Shown piece by piece: positions 26,268 through 39,800 of a stretch of DNA of 64,000 bases (positions are counted from its first letter, which is position 1; the number at the start of each line of letters is the position of its first letter). Both the position numbers and the translations under genes were made by a program. A model generated the notes under the pieces. It saw nothing but the letters and a program-made list of their open reading frames with translations, ran no database searches and was not told the origin of the DNA. The stretch comes from Guillardia theta CCMP2712. Lineage: Eukaryota; Protista; Cryptophyta. The stretch spans positions 62,253 through 126,252 of the forward strand of contig NW_005434577.1 of NCBI RefSeq assembly GCF_000315625.1. The letters run 5' to 3'.

Positions 26268-27434
26268 ATGCTGAGATTGTACGTGCTCTGTATGCTGCTA
26301 GGGGGTTGGATGTGCCCGCAGGCCTGGGGAGCAACCACTGTGAGCTGTGGAAGCTGCACGTTTCATGTCTCGGATGAGGGATTATTGACGAGGGAGGGGA
26401 GCTGTGTGGGTGACTGTGGAACTGATAAGTGGGGTATAAAAGAATTGTCTTTGGATTTTCTGGGCATTCGGAACATTCAGAACGGGACTTTCGATGGGCT
26501 CTCGAGCTTGGGAGAGCTAAGTCTTATGTCCAACAACCTGGAGAGTCTTCCGACTGGTTTGTTCGATCCGCTGACAAGTCTGGTACGATTGCACATAAGT
26601 TACAACAAGCTTTCAAGTCTTCCGCAAGGGATCTTTCAGAACCTCGCCAACTTGTGGGAACTTCACTTGTACCACAATCAAATCGCAAGTCTTTCCGCGG
26701 GAATCTTCGACAGTCTTGCGGGCATGTGCTGCCTGTACCTTGATGACAATCAGCTCTCCAGCCTTCCCGATGGCATCTTTGACAATCTTACAAGCTTATG
26801 GTTTCTACATCTTTACAACAACAACCTGCAGACTCTCCCTGAAGGAATCTTCGACGGGCTCTCGAGCTTACAGCAGCTGTACCTTGACCACAACAAGATT
26901 TCCTGCATTTCTTCCAAGGCTTTCACTGGTATGTCTTCGCTTTCCACTTTAGACCTGACAGACAACAATCTACCGTGCTATCATTCGTCCTGGCCAGATT
27001 TCTCTCTATGGGATGCGAACCTTGAACCATGCTTAAACGAAACTCGCTGCCACAACATGTCTCCAGCATTACAATGGACCCCAAGTACAACACCAACAGG
27101 ACTTGCTCCACCAATTTGGACTGTTCATCCGGACTACCTGAGCTGCCGAATACAGCATGAGTGGCAAGAAGTTGTAGATAGTGAGCTCGCGATGAACCAC
27201 ACCATAAAGACTGGCGGACTCGGGAAATGGATGGTGGAAGACAAGTTCGAGGTGTGGGTGTGCACCCATCGAGACAAGTGTGCAAGGCCAAGGAATGCTT
27301 TCTGTTATGTCTTTGACGAGCAGGAGGAGTTGTTTATACCATGGTAATATGCCTTGCTTCGTTGTTTTTCCAGTCTGATGCATTTCTGCAGGGGGCTAGA
27401 GGATGAGCTCATGCTAAGCAGAGTGGACGAATGA
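26268..27434 (+). CDS. Secreted LRR protein, paralogue of 2771-4276 (about 8 LRRs)
   Basis: Signal peptide MLRLYVLCMLLGGWMCPQAWG; same N-cap (CGSCTFHVSDEGLLTREGSC) and C-terminal domain (HPDYLSCRIQHEW...NAFCYVFDE); 48-nt intron 27344-27391 and last exon WGLEDELMLSRVDE*. Confidence 0.9.
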
Positions 27435-27972
27435 AAGCGGTCACGTGAGCTTTTCACCATCCCTGGAGGTTTGTTTGGTTTCACTGAGAGAGCCTGACTC
27501 ATAAAGTTAAGTTGAAAATCAGTACGTACTGCCCGACGGTCGCAACAAGGACCCGCGGGCCGGCAAACGGGAGGCTTGAGTCCCGCCGGGGCCCGGGGCC
27601 TGCAGTGCGGCACTCCGGGGCCGCCCGGCCCGGCAGGGTGTACGGTCGGCGCCCGCCGCCGCCGCGGGCCGGCCGCCGGGCCTGATCACAGAACTTCGGA
27701 AGTTACTGAGGGCCCACAGGCGGGACTGGGACGTGAACCACTGTTCGTGCAGTCGCTATGGCAGGTGTGGAGAGCTGAGCTGCGCTATAGGTAGAGAAGC
27801 TGAGGAGGAGAAAGAGCTGAGGAGGAGGAGTATGAGGGATCATCGAGGTCCTCAAGGTAGATGAGATAGACGTCAAGGTGCAGGAGGTAGAGGCCGCAGG
27901 AGAGAGTGGAGAGAAAGTGGAGCTTCAGCGAAGGTCAGATCTATAGGGGACAGCTTATCGTACGGGGTTGGA

Positions 27973-28604
27973 ATGTCTGTCGAATTCAAGACTATCTTGA
28001 AGCCGAAGTTCTGCTACATGCGAGTTCAACTGAGCATTGCGAATGTTCCATCGACATTTCTTGATCTTCGAATGTACAAGAGCGTAGTTATCTCTTCCAT
28101 CCACGACATGTACGGCGATGTTGGGCTGCCAGGAACGATCGACGTGATTGAGATGATGGAAGACAAATCCGCGATCATCCGCGCTCCATTCGAGTGGGTG
28201 CTCCTTCTCCCATCAACTTATCCTCCGCCTTTATCTCCTCCTCACCTCGACCACTAGAACCTTCTCCTCCTCCTCTTCCTCCTCCCCTTCTACCACATCT
28301 ACCTCCTCCACTCCTCTTCACCAGTCTTCCTTTCGTTTGTCTTGCTCTGCACCTGCACCTGCACCTGCACCTGCACCCGTGTTTCCCTCACCAGTACAGC
28401 AGGAAAGCGACAGAGCTCAGAAACGCTCTGTCCTTCAAGTCAAAGTTTGACGGCAACGAGTGCGTTCTGCGAGTGCTCAAGGTACATCGGAAGAGCTGAG
28501 AAGTCTTCCTCGCTCTGATCCCATGACAGGTCGCTGGTACTCTGATCTCGGTGCAGAACACTGGGACTTTCCAGCATCAGTCGCTACCAGAACCGTGTGC
28601 ATGA
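27973..28604 (+). CDS. RNase P/MRP subunit, Rpp14/Pop5(Pop8)-like, 3 exons
   Basis: YMRVQL...YKSVVISSIHDMYGDVG...IDVI...AIIRAP...ELRNALSFKSKFDGNECVLRVLKVAGTL matches the family pattern. Confidence 0.7.
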
Positions 28605-28926
28605 TGGTTGTGCTAAGGAGGAGGAGGAAGGGGAAGGGTGGGGAGTTGGAGAGTGGAGATGCTCTCTCAGGGAGGAACGTGCTGTTCTGATTGTGAGGAA
28701 TGTTTTGCTGAGGATTCTTTCCGCGCAAGTTAGGTGCTTGATGATTATGTTCAGAACTTTTACCAGGCACTATCACGTGAAACCCTCCATCTACAAGTAT
28801 CGCTACGGATGCGCATCAAAGGGAGTTTGCTAGTTAGATGCAAACATACACATAGGTCAAAGAGATTTTCTTTCCTTGGCTCTTTCCCCCCCTCCTCGTC
28901 CCCGTCCTTTCTCCCCGCTAAAAGCT

Positions 28927-31900
28927 TCAGTCCTTCCTGCTCGATCGCTTCTTTGGCTGTAGGGATAGTCAGCCAATACTCCTCGGATATCATGACTAAA
29001 ACGGCGGCGGCGGAGCAGGAGCAGGAGCAGGAGGCAGGAAGGAGGAGAAAGGAGGAAGAGAGGAGGCAGGATGGTAGAGCAGGGGTACCTTGCTTGATGC
29101 AGCAGCTCCTGGAGTGCTGATCTCCTCGATCTCTGCGCAGGAATGAGTTTAGCTGATTCGATTTTGTCGTGGCTAATTCTTTTACCTTCATCCTCAGCAT
29201 CTTCGGCCTTGTCTACATCGCCAACATCAGGATCCTCCCTTCCCAGCTCCCTCCCCAGTTCCTTCCCAGCTCCCTCCCCAGTTCCTTCCCAGCTCCCTTC
29301 CCAGTTCCTTCCCAGCTCCCTCCCCAGCTCTCACCTTCAGTCGTCTCCTTGTCATCAGGGGTCGGCTCGTCGGTCTTCTTGCTATCGCTGGGCTCTGCCT
29401 TCTGCTCTCGAGGGTTATGAAGGCTCGACTCCTCCTCCTCTCGACTCACCTTCTTGGCTGCCCCCTGCCTGCTCTTGGGGGCAGACTGAGCTGGGGAGAT
29501 GCAGATGTAGACGAGGAGGATCATGAGCAGGGCGCAGACTCCTGCTCGCTACCGTCAGACTCGAGACGTAAATCGGAGGGGAGGTGTAGGACCGAAGACG
29601 CCGATGACGACGACGGGCTTCTCCTTGTAGAGCTCGCCGATCTGAGTCGAGGCAGTGAGGCGGTGACAGGAGTAGCGGAAGGGAAGGAAGAGGAAGAGAA
29701 GAGAGAAGTGAGAGAAAGTAGGAGAAGGGAGGAAAAGGGAGGAGAGAGTGGGAAATAAAGGAGGATGAGAAAATAAAGGAGGATGAGGGAAGGAGGGAGG
29801 CGAGGAGGAGGAAGGACTAGCGATCAGGTAAATATCGAAACATCGTTGCTCACTTGGATCTGCATATCCGCCAGTGCCTTGGAGAGATTCTGAACCATGC
29901 CCGGAGCATTCTTCGCTATTTTAGCTGCCTCCTCCTGCACCCTCATCAACATTCGTGATGGTACAACAAGCAAACAATGAGAGGAGGAGGAACAGGAAGA
30001 ACAGGAGGAACGGGGGAGGAGGAGGAGGAGAAGCAGCAGCAACAGTAGCAGAGGAGCAGCAGCAGCAGCAACAGCAGCAACATCAAGGGCACCTTGTTGC
30101 GGACTTTCCAGGTCTTCTCCGCATACGAGGTAGCCACCGCCTCGGAGTTGGTGATGAGGAGGTTGTCAAAGACGATGCCGCCTGGCGCCACGTCACGATC
30201 GCCATCGGGGAGGAGGAGGAGGAGGAGAACAAGTCTGACCAGCGTTGGTCAGGAGCTCGATGCCGATGGCGTCCATGGGATGGACGTTGTGAGGGTGGAG
30301 GTCTTCGAACCAATCCTTGTTGGGGATCTGCCAAGCAACGTGAGATGCGACTGTCAAGAATGGGGGGCTGAGACTTGACGCTCAGGTCGAGTCCACTAGG
30401 GCAGGGAGGGAGGAGGGAGGAAGAGCGATGTATGGACAAGAGGAGGCACAAGGTTGAAGAGGATCAAGTGAGGGGGGGAGAACACGGTTGAGCAGACAGG
30501 TAGGGAGGGGAAGGAGGGGACGAGGGACGAGGGGAGGGACAAGAGGAGCGAGAGAGAGAGGGAGCGAGAAGATGGAAGCAAGTAGGCGGGACGTAGACCT
30601 TGCGAGGAGCCCATGGGCCCTTGTAGTCGGGGTTGTCGATCTTGGGGGGGTACCATTTGCCCTTGTAGGCCGGGTTGCGGATGGTCGGGCGCTTCCACTC
30701 TCCGCATCCTACCTTGCACTGTGGGAGGTGGTGAGATCAGAGCGGATGAGTTTGGGGGAGGGGGAGTGAGGAGGAGGAGGAGGAGGAGGAGGAGAAGGAG
30801 TACGTGGTATTGGTGGTGGTGAGAAGGAGGAGGAAGAGATGAGCTTTATGAGAGGAGGGGGACAGAAAGAGAAGAAAAGTGAAAAGAGGAGAGGAGGAGA
30901 GTAAAGATTTTGAGAGGACGTAGGAGCAGGAGTCCGGGTCGAAAGACAGAACATGTACAGAAGGAAGGAAGAAACCTTAGGGTTGTCAACGATTGGGGCT
31001 TCCCAGTCTCCATCCTCCTCGTCATCCCAGTCATCAGGCTTCTTGGCTGAGCAGGTGCAGGAGATCAGAAAGAGACAGAGAGCAAGGCAGGAGCAATCTC
31101 GGTACCATCGGGATCAGGAACACGCAGAGGCTCGTCGTCGTTCCACCCACTCGGCTTCTTGGCGTTAGCGTCCTCGATGTACTCAGGGAGAGTCTCATCC
31201 CAGTCTGTCCCGACGCTCGTCAGCATCTGCCCAGCTATGGCAGCGGCCCCACTCACCAGCGGGCTTGCTGGCCTTGGGATCATCCATCTTGGGTTCATCG
31301 ACCCAATCCGAAGGCTTGACGTCATCAGGGTCGTCGATCTCCTTGGGAGGGTTCACAGGAGGGTCCATGTCCTGCCCGCAGCCGTCAACACGAAGGGGCA
31401 ACAAGAGGATCGTAGAGTAGCAGCACCTTGAGCAGGCTGCCCTTCATCTTGCTCTGCATGTCCACAAGGATCTCGAACGAGTTGTCAGGGCGGATGATAA
31501 GCGTGTACAAGTGAGTCATCCTGCACAACACGTGAACACAGGGGACATGCGCGCTTCCTGGACTCCCACTTGTCGGCTGCACTGCTTGCTGGCGTCCCCT
31601 TGGCATGCTGCAGGCCAGTCCATGTCAGCATCCTCCTCTCCTCCACTACAGACTCCACCTTCTCCTCCCATTGCTTCGTCACGGGGTTCTGGTGCTGAAG
31701 GATGAAGTGAACCTTGTCGGTGCTCCCGCAACGATCCGGCCCGAACATGATGGTGTATCGGAGGTTGTTATCAAACTCCTGCAGCTTCTTGGCCGCGTCC
31801 TTCTGCAACAACTTGATGTACGCGCCGTCGCACGCCAACCCGTTCATGGCCTTGACCTGATCACGGGGAGTGTTGACAACCTCTCTCGACCTCATCCTCC

Positions 31901-32388
31901 TCCTCCTACCTCATACTGCACGACAAACGTCGAGTCCTTCACTTCGATCGGCTTCTCAAAGGCCGAGGAGAGCGCATGTTTCTGCCCCGCGCTTCCCATC
32001 CTCAGCCCATAATCCTCCGTCACCTCGGAGTAGTTCTTGACCCACTCCCACTCCCCGGTGTACTCGCCTGCGGCACAACATGCGTCATCCTATCGCAAGG
32101 TGGTACGCACACTACTTACTCGAGGTTGTGTTGACCCACTTGGACTGCCATCCCTCGCTGAAGGGTTCGAAGAAGTAGTACTGGGGAGAATGCGGGTCAA
32201 CAGTCGACACGGCCTGAACTTGACTCGTGCGTACCTGGCCGTCAGGGAGCACGGATGCCGCTTTCTGCAGCTGCTCCGATGACTCCACAGCCAAGGCAGA
32301 CAACAGGAGAAGGATACACGCTGCAATTACTTTCGCCTTCGCATCATGATCAGTGAATCATACTAACCATCACAGCAGTTGTCACCAT
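28927..32388 (-). CDS. CNX: Calnexin, multi-exon
   Basis: Signal peptide; [42 protein letters not shown]-domain repeats ([45 protein letters not shown]), GIVFDN; hydrophobic segment and basic tail PKKRSSRKD*. Confidence 0.93.
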
Positions 32389-33605
32389 CCTCAGCAAAAT
32401 CGGCCAGCCAGGAAGGAAGGAGGTGCAAAACTGGATCAAGAGCCTATGGCAGCATAGAGTGAGAGGAAATGAGGTCAAATGAAGCTTTTCAGTTGATCCC
32501 ATGGCAGCTGAGACCTTAAACTACGTAACATACTTGCACATGCACAGGAATTCCTATCTTTTCATCGTGGTACATACTTTCGAACACTCAAGAGCTCCTT
32601 ACACTGATGTGCAGATGAAATCATGCATCGTACAAGTCTCTGCGGGCAACGAACAACAGTGGTTGCACAGTAATCTCCATGCTCGCTTCGCTTGTCATCG
32701 ACAGTCTGCTAATTCCAATGAGCACTCTCTGTGAGCGCTCGTTTCTCGAACTCCTTCTGCAGCTGCCCCTGCCCCTGCCTGTGCCCATTCCCATACCCTC
32801 CTACTCATGTTCATGCTCCTCCTACTGCATCTCCTCCTCCTCCTCCTCCTCCTCCTCCTCCTCCTCCTCCTCCGCTCTGCTCTTGCCCATGCCCCTTGTC
32901 CGTGTCCTTGATCTTCTTCTGTTCCTGGTATGCTGCTCCTGCTCCTCTCCTCCTTCTCCGCTTCCCCTTCACTCCCTCCTTCGGACATAGTCTCCCGTCA
33001 AGATAGACCCACCCCCATGCTTCCAACCGACCCCTCCCTAAAACAATTTCTTCGTTAAGTAATTGTTTTTACTGTGATTGCCTACTTAACTAATAAATAA
33101 TTAAAGACATCAAATAAAGTGTTTGAAAATTAAAGGTAAAATTCTCTGCCCTTCGAGTTCGGTTTACCTACCCTACCCCAACATTCTACTCTTTCGACGA
33201 GCCCATCACCCTACCGTCTAGAATCCACAAGGCGACATGATGAAAGGGGGGGTATTGAACAGACAGTTACAGTCATAAGGACCTCTTGCATGATTGGTCC
33301 TAGGAACTTGATAGACTCTATGTAGGATGACGTAGTATGATGTAACGGAGATCGAAGTTCTCGAAGTGGGACAGGAAATCAGAGGTGTGCTAAATCTGAG
33401 ACAATGTTCTAGATTTAGCTGACCAGTAGTATTTTTAGTCTCAGGCCGTCGGACTCCGGGCCGCCCGGCGCCGAGGCATACCGAACGGCCGGGCGCCGGT
33501 GGAACTTCCCGTGGGTTGAAAGGGGATGAGGGTGAAAATAGAGAATGAGGGAGATGAGTTTCTGTTTTGTCCCGGAGTTGGGCTGGGAGTGGGGAGAGGG
33601 CATAG

Positions 33606-33695
<90 letters not shown>

Positions 33696-34555
33696 GAGGA
33701 TAAGTTTGGATAAGGGAAAGGAAGATAATGAGAGAGATAGGTGATTGCCAAGGCAGACGTAGTGCTTGTAAGACAGGATGTGGCCAATCTTCAACAGAAG
33801 AGATACAAGCCGGGGGTCAAAGTTGGTATGAGGGGGGTCAGTACATAGCCGAAAGTATGAGAGGATGGCAGATGCAAAAGATACTGAGATGAATTAAATG
33901 AGAACAATACTAGAATGCATGGATTCCGCTCGGTTCGATTGATTTGAAGATAGCTTGGGCTACATCAGAATTGGACTCACAGATTCTTTCTCGTTTGCTG
34001 TCTTGCTGATGTTTTGACATGGCAAGATTTTTACCCAGTTGTCCATTGTTAACCACTTGTACACAGGCGGGCACAACTTGCACCCGTCTGAGATGATGTC
34101 GGTGGATCGAAACTTCCTGAGTAAAGGTTGGCCCAAGAGGGGAGAGCAATGGCTGACAGATGTTCAGAGATCGCTGGTGAAGTCTTCGACAAGGATTCAA
34201 GATACATGCATGCACCTGGTTGTGCCTTCCTTATCTGTTGAGACGCCCCAGTGACCAATGAATAGATTGCAAGCGAGTACGAAGGCTTGATGGACCTCGA
34301 CGGTGGGCAAAGCGGATGGGTGAAGATGGGAAAGCGAAGGGAGAGGGGGGGCTGACTGTGCGAGGAAGACGAATATGCCTGCGGCGGTTTCAAGCGGAAG
34401 GAATGCTCAAACATCTCTGATCCAGGTGACCTGCTTCCCGCCTTCTTCATCTACTCCCTCCCTTCTTCTCCTCTCGTCGCTCGCAACTTTCTTGCTGAGT
34501 CGACTTTGTTCAGGCGTTCGCGGTTGCCACCGGTCTGGTTCACTTAGCGGAACCT

Positions 34556-34957
34556 ATGGAAGGAGAAACTATGTCCTCCAGCCCTGCCCGTGCTGTGAGC
34601 ACATCCATGAAGAAGAAACAGGACGCGAAGTTCGCTCAAACTGTCAAGGACCTTACTTCACAGCATCTCCTCTTAGCTTCCTTCCGCCCCCCAAAGCCAG
34701 TCATCCCCGCTGAACGCGTGACTTCCGCCCCCTCAACCTGCGCCTGCTCACTTTTACGAAAGACGACCAAGGAGAGCGAAGGAGGAACGAGCCAGCAGCT
34801 TGTGGAAATTCTCTCACGGAAGTCGGTGAGGGTGCCGGTGAAGCGTCGGCTTGGAGCTTATTTCTGCTGTCAGGCCCGTGAGATGGAAGCTTTCCAAGCG
34901 GTGCACGCAGCCAACATGGCAGAGAACAAATTGAGAGAAGCCCTGCAACCAAAGTGA
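34556..34957 (+). CDS. Hypothetical small spliced protein or gene fragment
   Basis: ATG-initiated ORF with intron-like segments and a GTGAGT donor at 34954; no recognisable domain. Confidence 0.3.
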   Translation: MEGETMSSSPARAVSTSMKKKQDAKFAQTVKDLTSQHLLLASFRPPKPVIPAERVTSAPSTCACSLLRKTTKESEGGTSQQLVEILSRKSVRVPVKRRLGAYFCCQAREMEAFQAVHAANMAENKLREALQPK

Positions 34958-35096
34958 GTGGAGGACGAATAGAGGAAGAAGCCGGGGGGTTTGGGGGGAA
35001 GGCAAACAAAGGACGAGGGGGGGTTAGGGTTGGAGGAGGAAGAGGCATGGAGGAGGAGGAACCCTCTGAAGCAGCGGCAGGTCGGATGCGGAGGGG

Positions 35097-35660
35097 ATGA
35101 AAATACTCGGGTGGTACCACAGAAGCAATGAAGCAGGGAGGGAAACAAAACGAATACGAAGGAAGCTATGCGAGCACGGGCGGGTCCGATCGAGATGCAA
35201 GGGATGCGGGGGCAGCAGCATATGCGAGCACGTGCTGGTGCGATCGGGATGCAAGGGATGCGGGGGCAGCAGCATATGCGAGCACGGGCGGGTCCGATCG
35301 AGATGCAAGGAGTGCGGGGGCGGGAGCATATGCGAGCACGGGCGGCGGCGATCGGTATGCAAGGAGTGCGGGGGCGGGAGCATATGCGAGCACGGGCGGG
35401 TCCGATCGGGATGCAAGGGATGCGGGGGCGGCAGCATATTCGAGCACGGGCGGCGGCGATCGAGATGCAAGGGATGCGGGGGCAGCAGCATATGCGAGCA
35501 CGGGCGGGAGCGATCGGTCTGCAAGGAGTGCGGGGGCGGCAGCATATTCGAGCACGGGCGGGAGCGATCGAGATGCAAGGGCTGCGGGGGCAGCAGCATA
35601 TGCGAGCACGGGCGGGAGCGATCGAGATGCAAGGGATGCGGGGGAGGGAGCAGCAGGTAA
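35097..35660 (+). CDS. CEHG Cys/His-repeat (putative zinc-binding) protein, 9 x 18-aa repeats, possibly degenerate
   Basis: 54-bp units at 35169-35654; two repeats have C->F at the first ligand; lacks the N-terminus shared by the other two copies. Confidence 0.7.
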   Translation: MKILGWYHRSNEAGRETKRIRRKLCEHGRVRSRCKGCGGSSICEHVLVRSGCKGCGGSSICEHGRVRSRCKECGGGSICEHGRRRSVCKECGGGSICEHGRVRSGCKGCGGGSIFEHGRRRSRCKGCGGSSICEHGRERSVCKECGGGSIFEHGRERSRCKGCGGSSICEHGRERSRCKGCGGGSSR

Positions 35661-36841
35661 AAGCTGGGGGAGAGCTGATCAGTGTTGTTACTCGCTTCTG
35701 ACGTGTCATCATTCCGATGATTTCATGTCAGTGAGAGGACTGGCAGGCGGCATTGAGATGCAGGGGTTTGACGTAAAAACACTTGACGGATCACATGGAT
35801 CATTTATCAGAGCCCAAACTTGCCCGGCCCCGGGCAAACTGAGAGGATGTAACTTCTCTATTACGACTGTTCGCTGCAATACTACCGATCAGATGGTGAC
35901 CAGAGGAAGTTTTTCTCTATTTAATGAATACTCTTATCCCAGAAGTCAATCACCTACCTGCTCTTTACTACGCAACAGCATACACATGATCAGTCACTCC
36001 GTGATCCATCGAATGTTAATAGAGCAATCCGACGAGTCCGACGGAAAAGAAACTGACTCGACACTGAGCTGAAGTCAGAGTAGAGGCCCGGAGCACCCTG
36101 GGAAATCCGGGCCCGCCCGTCGATAGACGAGGAAAGGGTCGGAACGGTGGCAAGAAGGACAGCAGATGCCGGGACAAGGAACGGCACCGCACGGTATCCG
36201 GGAGGAAGGTTGAGTCCGGTCCAGTCACTGTCTCCGGCCCGGACCTCATCCCCGCAATGATCCCCCATCAAGCGCCGGGTCAAAGTTATCCAACGGGCCG
36301 AGCGCAATGGTTGGGGGGAGGTGAGGCCGGAGGGACAAGTGAGGAGGAAGAGGAGGAGGAGGAGAAGGAGGAGCAGGTTGCTGAGAGGAAAGTAGGACAT
36401 GATTGGGCGAACAGGTAAAGAGATGGGAGACGGATATGGCAAAGGAGATGGCGGGGACCTGAGGAGTTTCGCTTCAAGGTTGTGAGGAGAGGGTTATGAG
36501 AGCCGAGCAAAAGAAGAGATGAGGGAGAGAGAGAGATAGGGTGTGATGTGGAATAGATCCGAAAGGGAAAGGATGGAGGGAATGATGTGGGATTCAGAAA
36601 GACCGGGAAAGGGCAGGTGAGGTGGAATTTCAAACGGGAATAGAAGATCGGGGAGGAGAGATAAGATCGTGTTTGTTCATGGCAATGACATGAAACCTTA
36701 GGAATGTTGGGGATCTTGTTTTCATGGGCAAAGCCCGACAATGATCGGGAATGAAATGGGCCCAAAATCGCGCTTGATCTGATTTTGGAATTGTTGTTTG
36801 AATACCCGGCGATTCCATCATCTATCCATACGGCACGTGGG

Positions 36842-39800
36842 ATGGGGATGAGACAAGAAATGATCGTCGCTGTCATGTTGCTGGGTTGGAGTATACGATC
36901 AAGTGTTGCACAGATAACGGATGCAACAAGATCTCTGAGCAGCGGAAGCGGACTGCAGTATGCCACTGCTGGTATCCTGTCCCAATTCACCATTACTGCT
37001 TTCGAAGAGAGCGGTTTGCGCAGAACATCCGGTGGAGATGAGTTTTTGGTGCAGCTGGACGGGTCTCAGTCGTTGCGAGGATCGATCATTGACAACCTGG
37101 ACGGTAGCTATCAGGCAACGTACACGGCGACGATCAGTGGGGCGTACGAGATATCCGTGTTGCTGTTGAGGGAGGGGGGCCTTTCTGCTGAGTACTTTGA
37201 GAACGTGTGGTTCTTTTACACTCCCGTCCAAGTCGCGATAGACCCTCAGATCAATCACAACTGGGGCACGGGTCTAATCACCGCAAACGCAGCAGATTAC
37301 GTCAGCGTACGATGGCAAGGGAAGGTCAAACCTTACTTCACGGAAACTTACACGTTTTACTTGACAAGCGACGATGGGGCTAAGTTATGGGTTGAGGGCG
37401 TGCCTCTGATCGATCGCTGGGACAGCTATTGCAATGAAACCTCAGCAACCATTGCGTTGCGATCCAATGTATATTCTGATATCAAGGTAGAGTACAAGGA
37501 AATTACTGGAACGGCCCTCATCTTTCTCTTCTGGGAATCTCCTTCGAGGCCAAAAGAAATCATTCCTTCATCACAATTCTTCTATGAAACACACACTGCA
37601 AAGAGCCCCTTCGGCCTTGAAATCGCTCCCACGGTGGCCAACGGGTCGACCAGTCAGGCCGTTGGGTCAGGCTTGTCAGTCGCTACTGCAGGCATTGCGG
37701 CAACTTGTACGGTGCAAGTCAATGACATGTATAGCAATGAGAGAGGTGTGGGAGGGGACAAGCTATCGTTGAGGTTGTATGCTCCATATACCCGTCAAAG
37801 TGAGTCTTGTCGCATCGGATGCAGCAATCAGTCGAGGTCTGTTCAAGGAATCGTGATTGACAACACGGACAGCACTTACGGGATGGAGTATGCGAGTTAT
37901 GTTTCAGGATACAGCACCTTATTCATTTCTTTGCTCACTAGGGGAGGCGTCATGGCTACATATTATGACACTGCTGACTTCGGGTTGCCCCGTGCTGCCC
38001 GGGCGGCTTCCACTGGAACTACAACATTGTCCATGATTGGCTGGAACTCTGCTAGTTTGACCGCAGGACTGCCTGGCACATCCATCTACGCTGCAGACGG
38101 CTACTCCGTGCGCTGGGTGGGGCTGGTTGGGGCGAGTCAGGACGGGGAGTACACCTTCCAAGTCTCGCGCACGTGCTCGCTGACGTCGGACAGGGTTCGG
38201 CTGTGGATTGACAACTCAGTTGTGATCGATCAATGGACTTCGTTGAGCCAGGGGACTTCGGGCTCCTCCTGCAACCCGACGGGAACTCTCGCGATGAACG
38301 CTTTCTCGTATTACGACATCTGGATGGACTACAAGGTGGTCGGGCCCGTTAACCTCGCCCACCTCGTCCAGCTCAGCTGGAAGTCAGGGACAGGGATCAT
38401 GCAGGTCCTGCCCTCTACCATGCTGTATGAGGGGTATCCCATCCATGCCAGCCCCTTCTCTGTCTTCATCTACCCGTCTGTCACATGTGCCACCAAGTCC
38501 ATCGCGACACCGAACCAAGTTTCACCCGGACACAGTCTAGAGCTGGCCACAGCCGGAGTGCAGGCGGAGTTCTCAATCACGGCCAAGGACCTCTATGGCA
38601 ACCTCAAGGGGCAGGGGGGGGACACTTTCCTCGTCAGGTTCACGGGGGTGGACTCTGCCAGTGGAGTCGTGGACGATCGACAGGATGGGACTTACCGAGT
38701 GTTATACACTCTGACTCAGAGTGGAACATACAGCTGTGCTGTTGTGTTCGGAGCCTTCGGTATCTCTGCAAGTCCTTTCAGGATCACCACCCAGCCAGCC
38801 CGTAGGAACCTGGCAACGAGTGTGGCGTCAGGTTTCTCGCTGTCTATTGCAACGGCTGGAAGGGAAGGGGTGGTGACTATCACAGTCAGAGACAGCTTCT
38901 ACAATTGGCAACCTGACCCTTCTGTCTCTCAAGCCAACGTCAAGGTAGACTTGGTCGACGTGCTGAGCGGCTACAGACCTTCAGTCTATGTTCCTCCCCG
39001 ACAGCCCGGCGATCTCCCGGCCTTCACTGACACGACCTCGTACATCGGAGACTTCACGCTAGCAGGCAAACAAGTGTCGACACCTACGAATCTTGACAAC
39101 CCGAGACTGTTGGTGCGGTACATAGCCACGAAAACAGGCAACTATTCCATGTCTGTGGCTGGATCAGGGAGTGTATATGACGGGCCAGTCATGGGCAGTC
39201 CTTTCAGCCTCTCGCTCATTCCCAACCTTTGCTGCGCCTCAACCTCAACAGCTAGCGGTACCAGCCTCTCCATCGCTACTGCAGGTAGCGCGGCGACCTT
39301 CACGATATTTCCAAAGGACGAGTATGAGAACGTGAGGTTGTATCCGGCAAACCTGGATACCTTCGATGTGCGAGTGAGGCAATATGATGATCGCTCCCTG
39401 TGCCTTCTACAAGGTGGACAATCTTGCGAGAGTTGGTTTGAAAGTCCAAACTTCATCACCATCGGAGGGCCTGACAAGGTCAGTTTTGAATATCCTCCTG
39501 TCTTGCAGCTTTGACTGACTTGTGTCCTCGTGAAAACAGCACGCGGATGTCTTAAGGAGAGCGGATGGAATGCATGAAGTAACTTTCACAGCAACGAGGC
39601 AGGGGATCAATCATATCTGGGCAACGCTTGCTACTCAGGTGAGATATAAGAAAAGTTTGACTCGGACCTTGACGTTGTGTCGTTGGTCACAGGGTGGAAT
39701 CAAGCTCGATTACTACAACGTCTCCGTAAACCTGCTGAATACGAGCAATTTCTCAGCTGTCGATTTCTCTCTCAACCAATCTACCTTCACTTTGCGCTGG

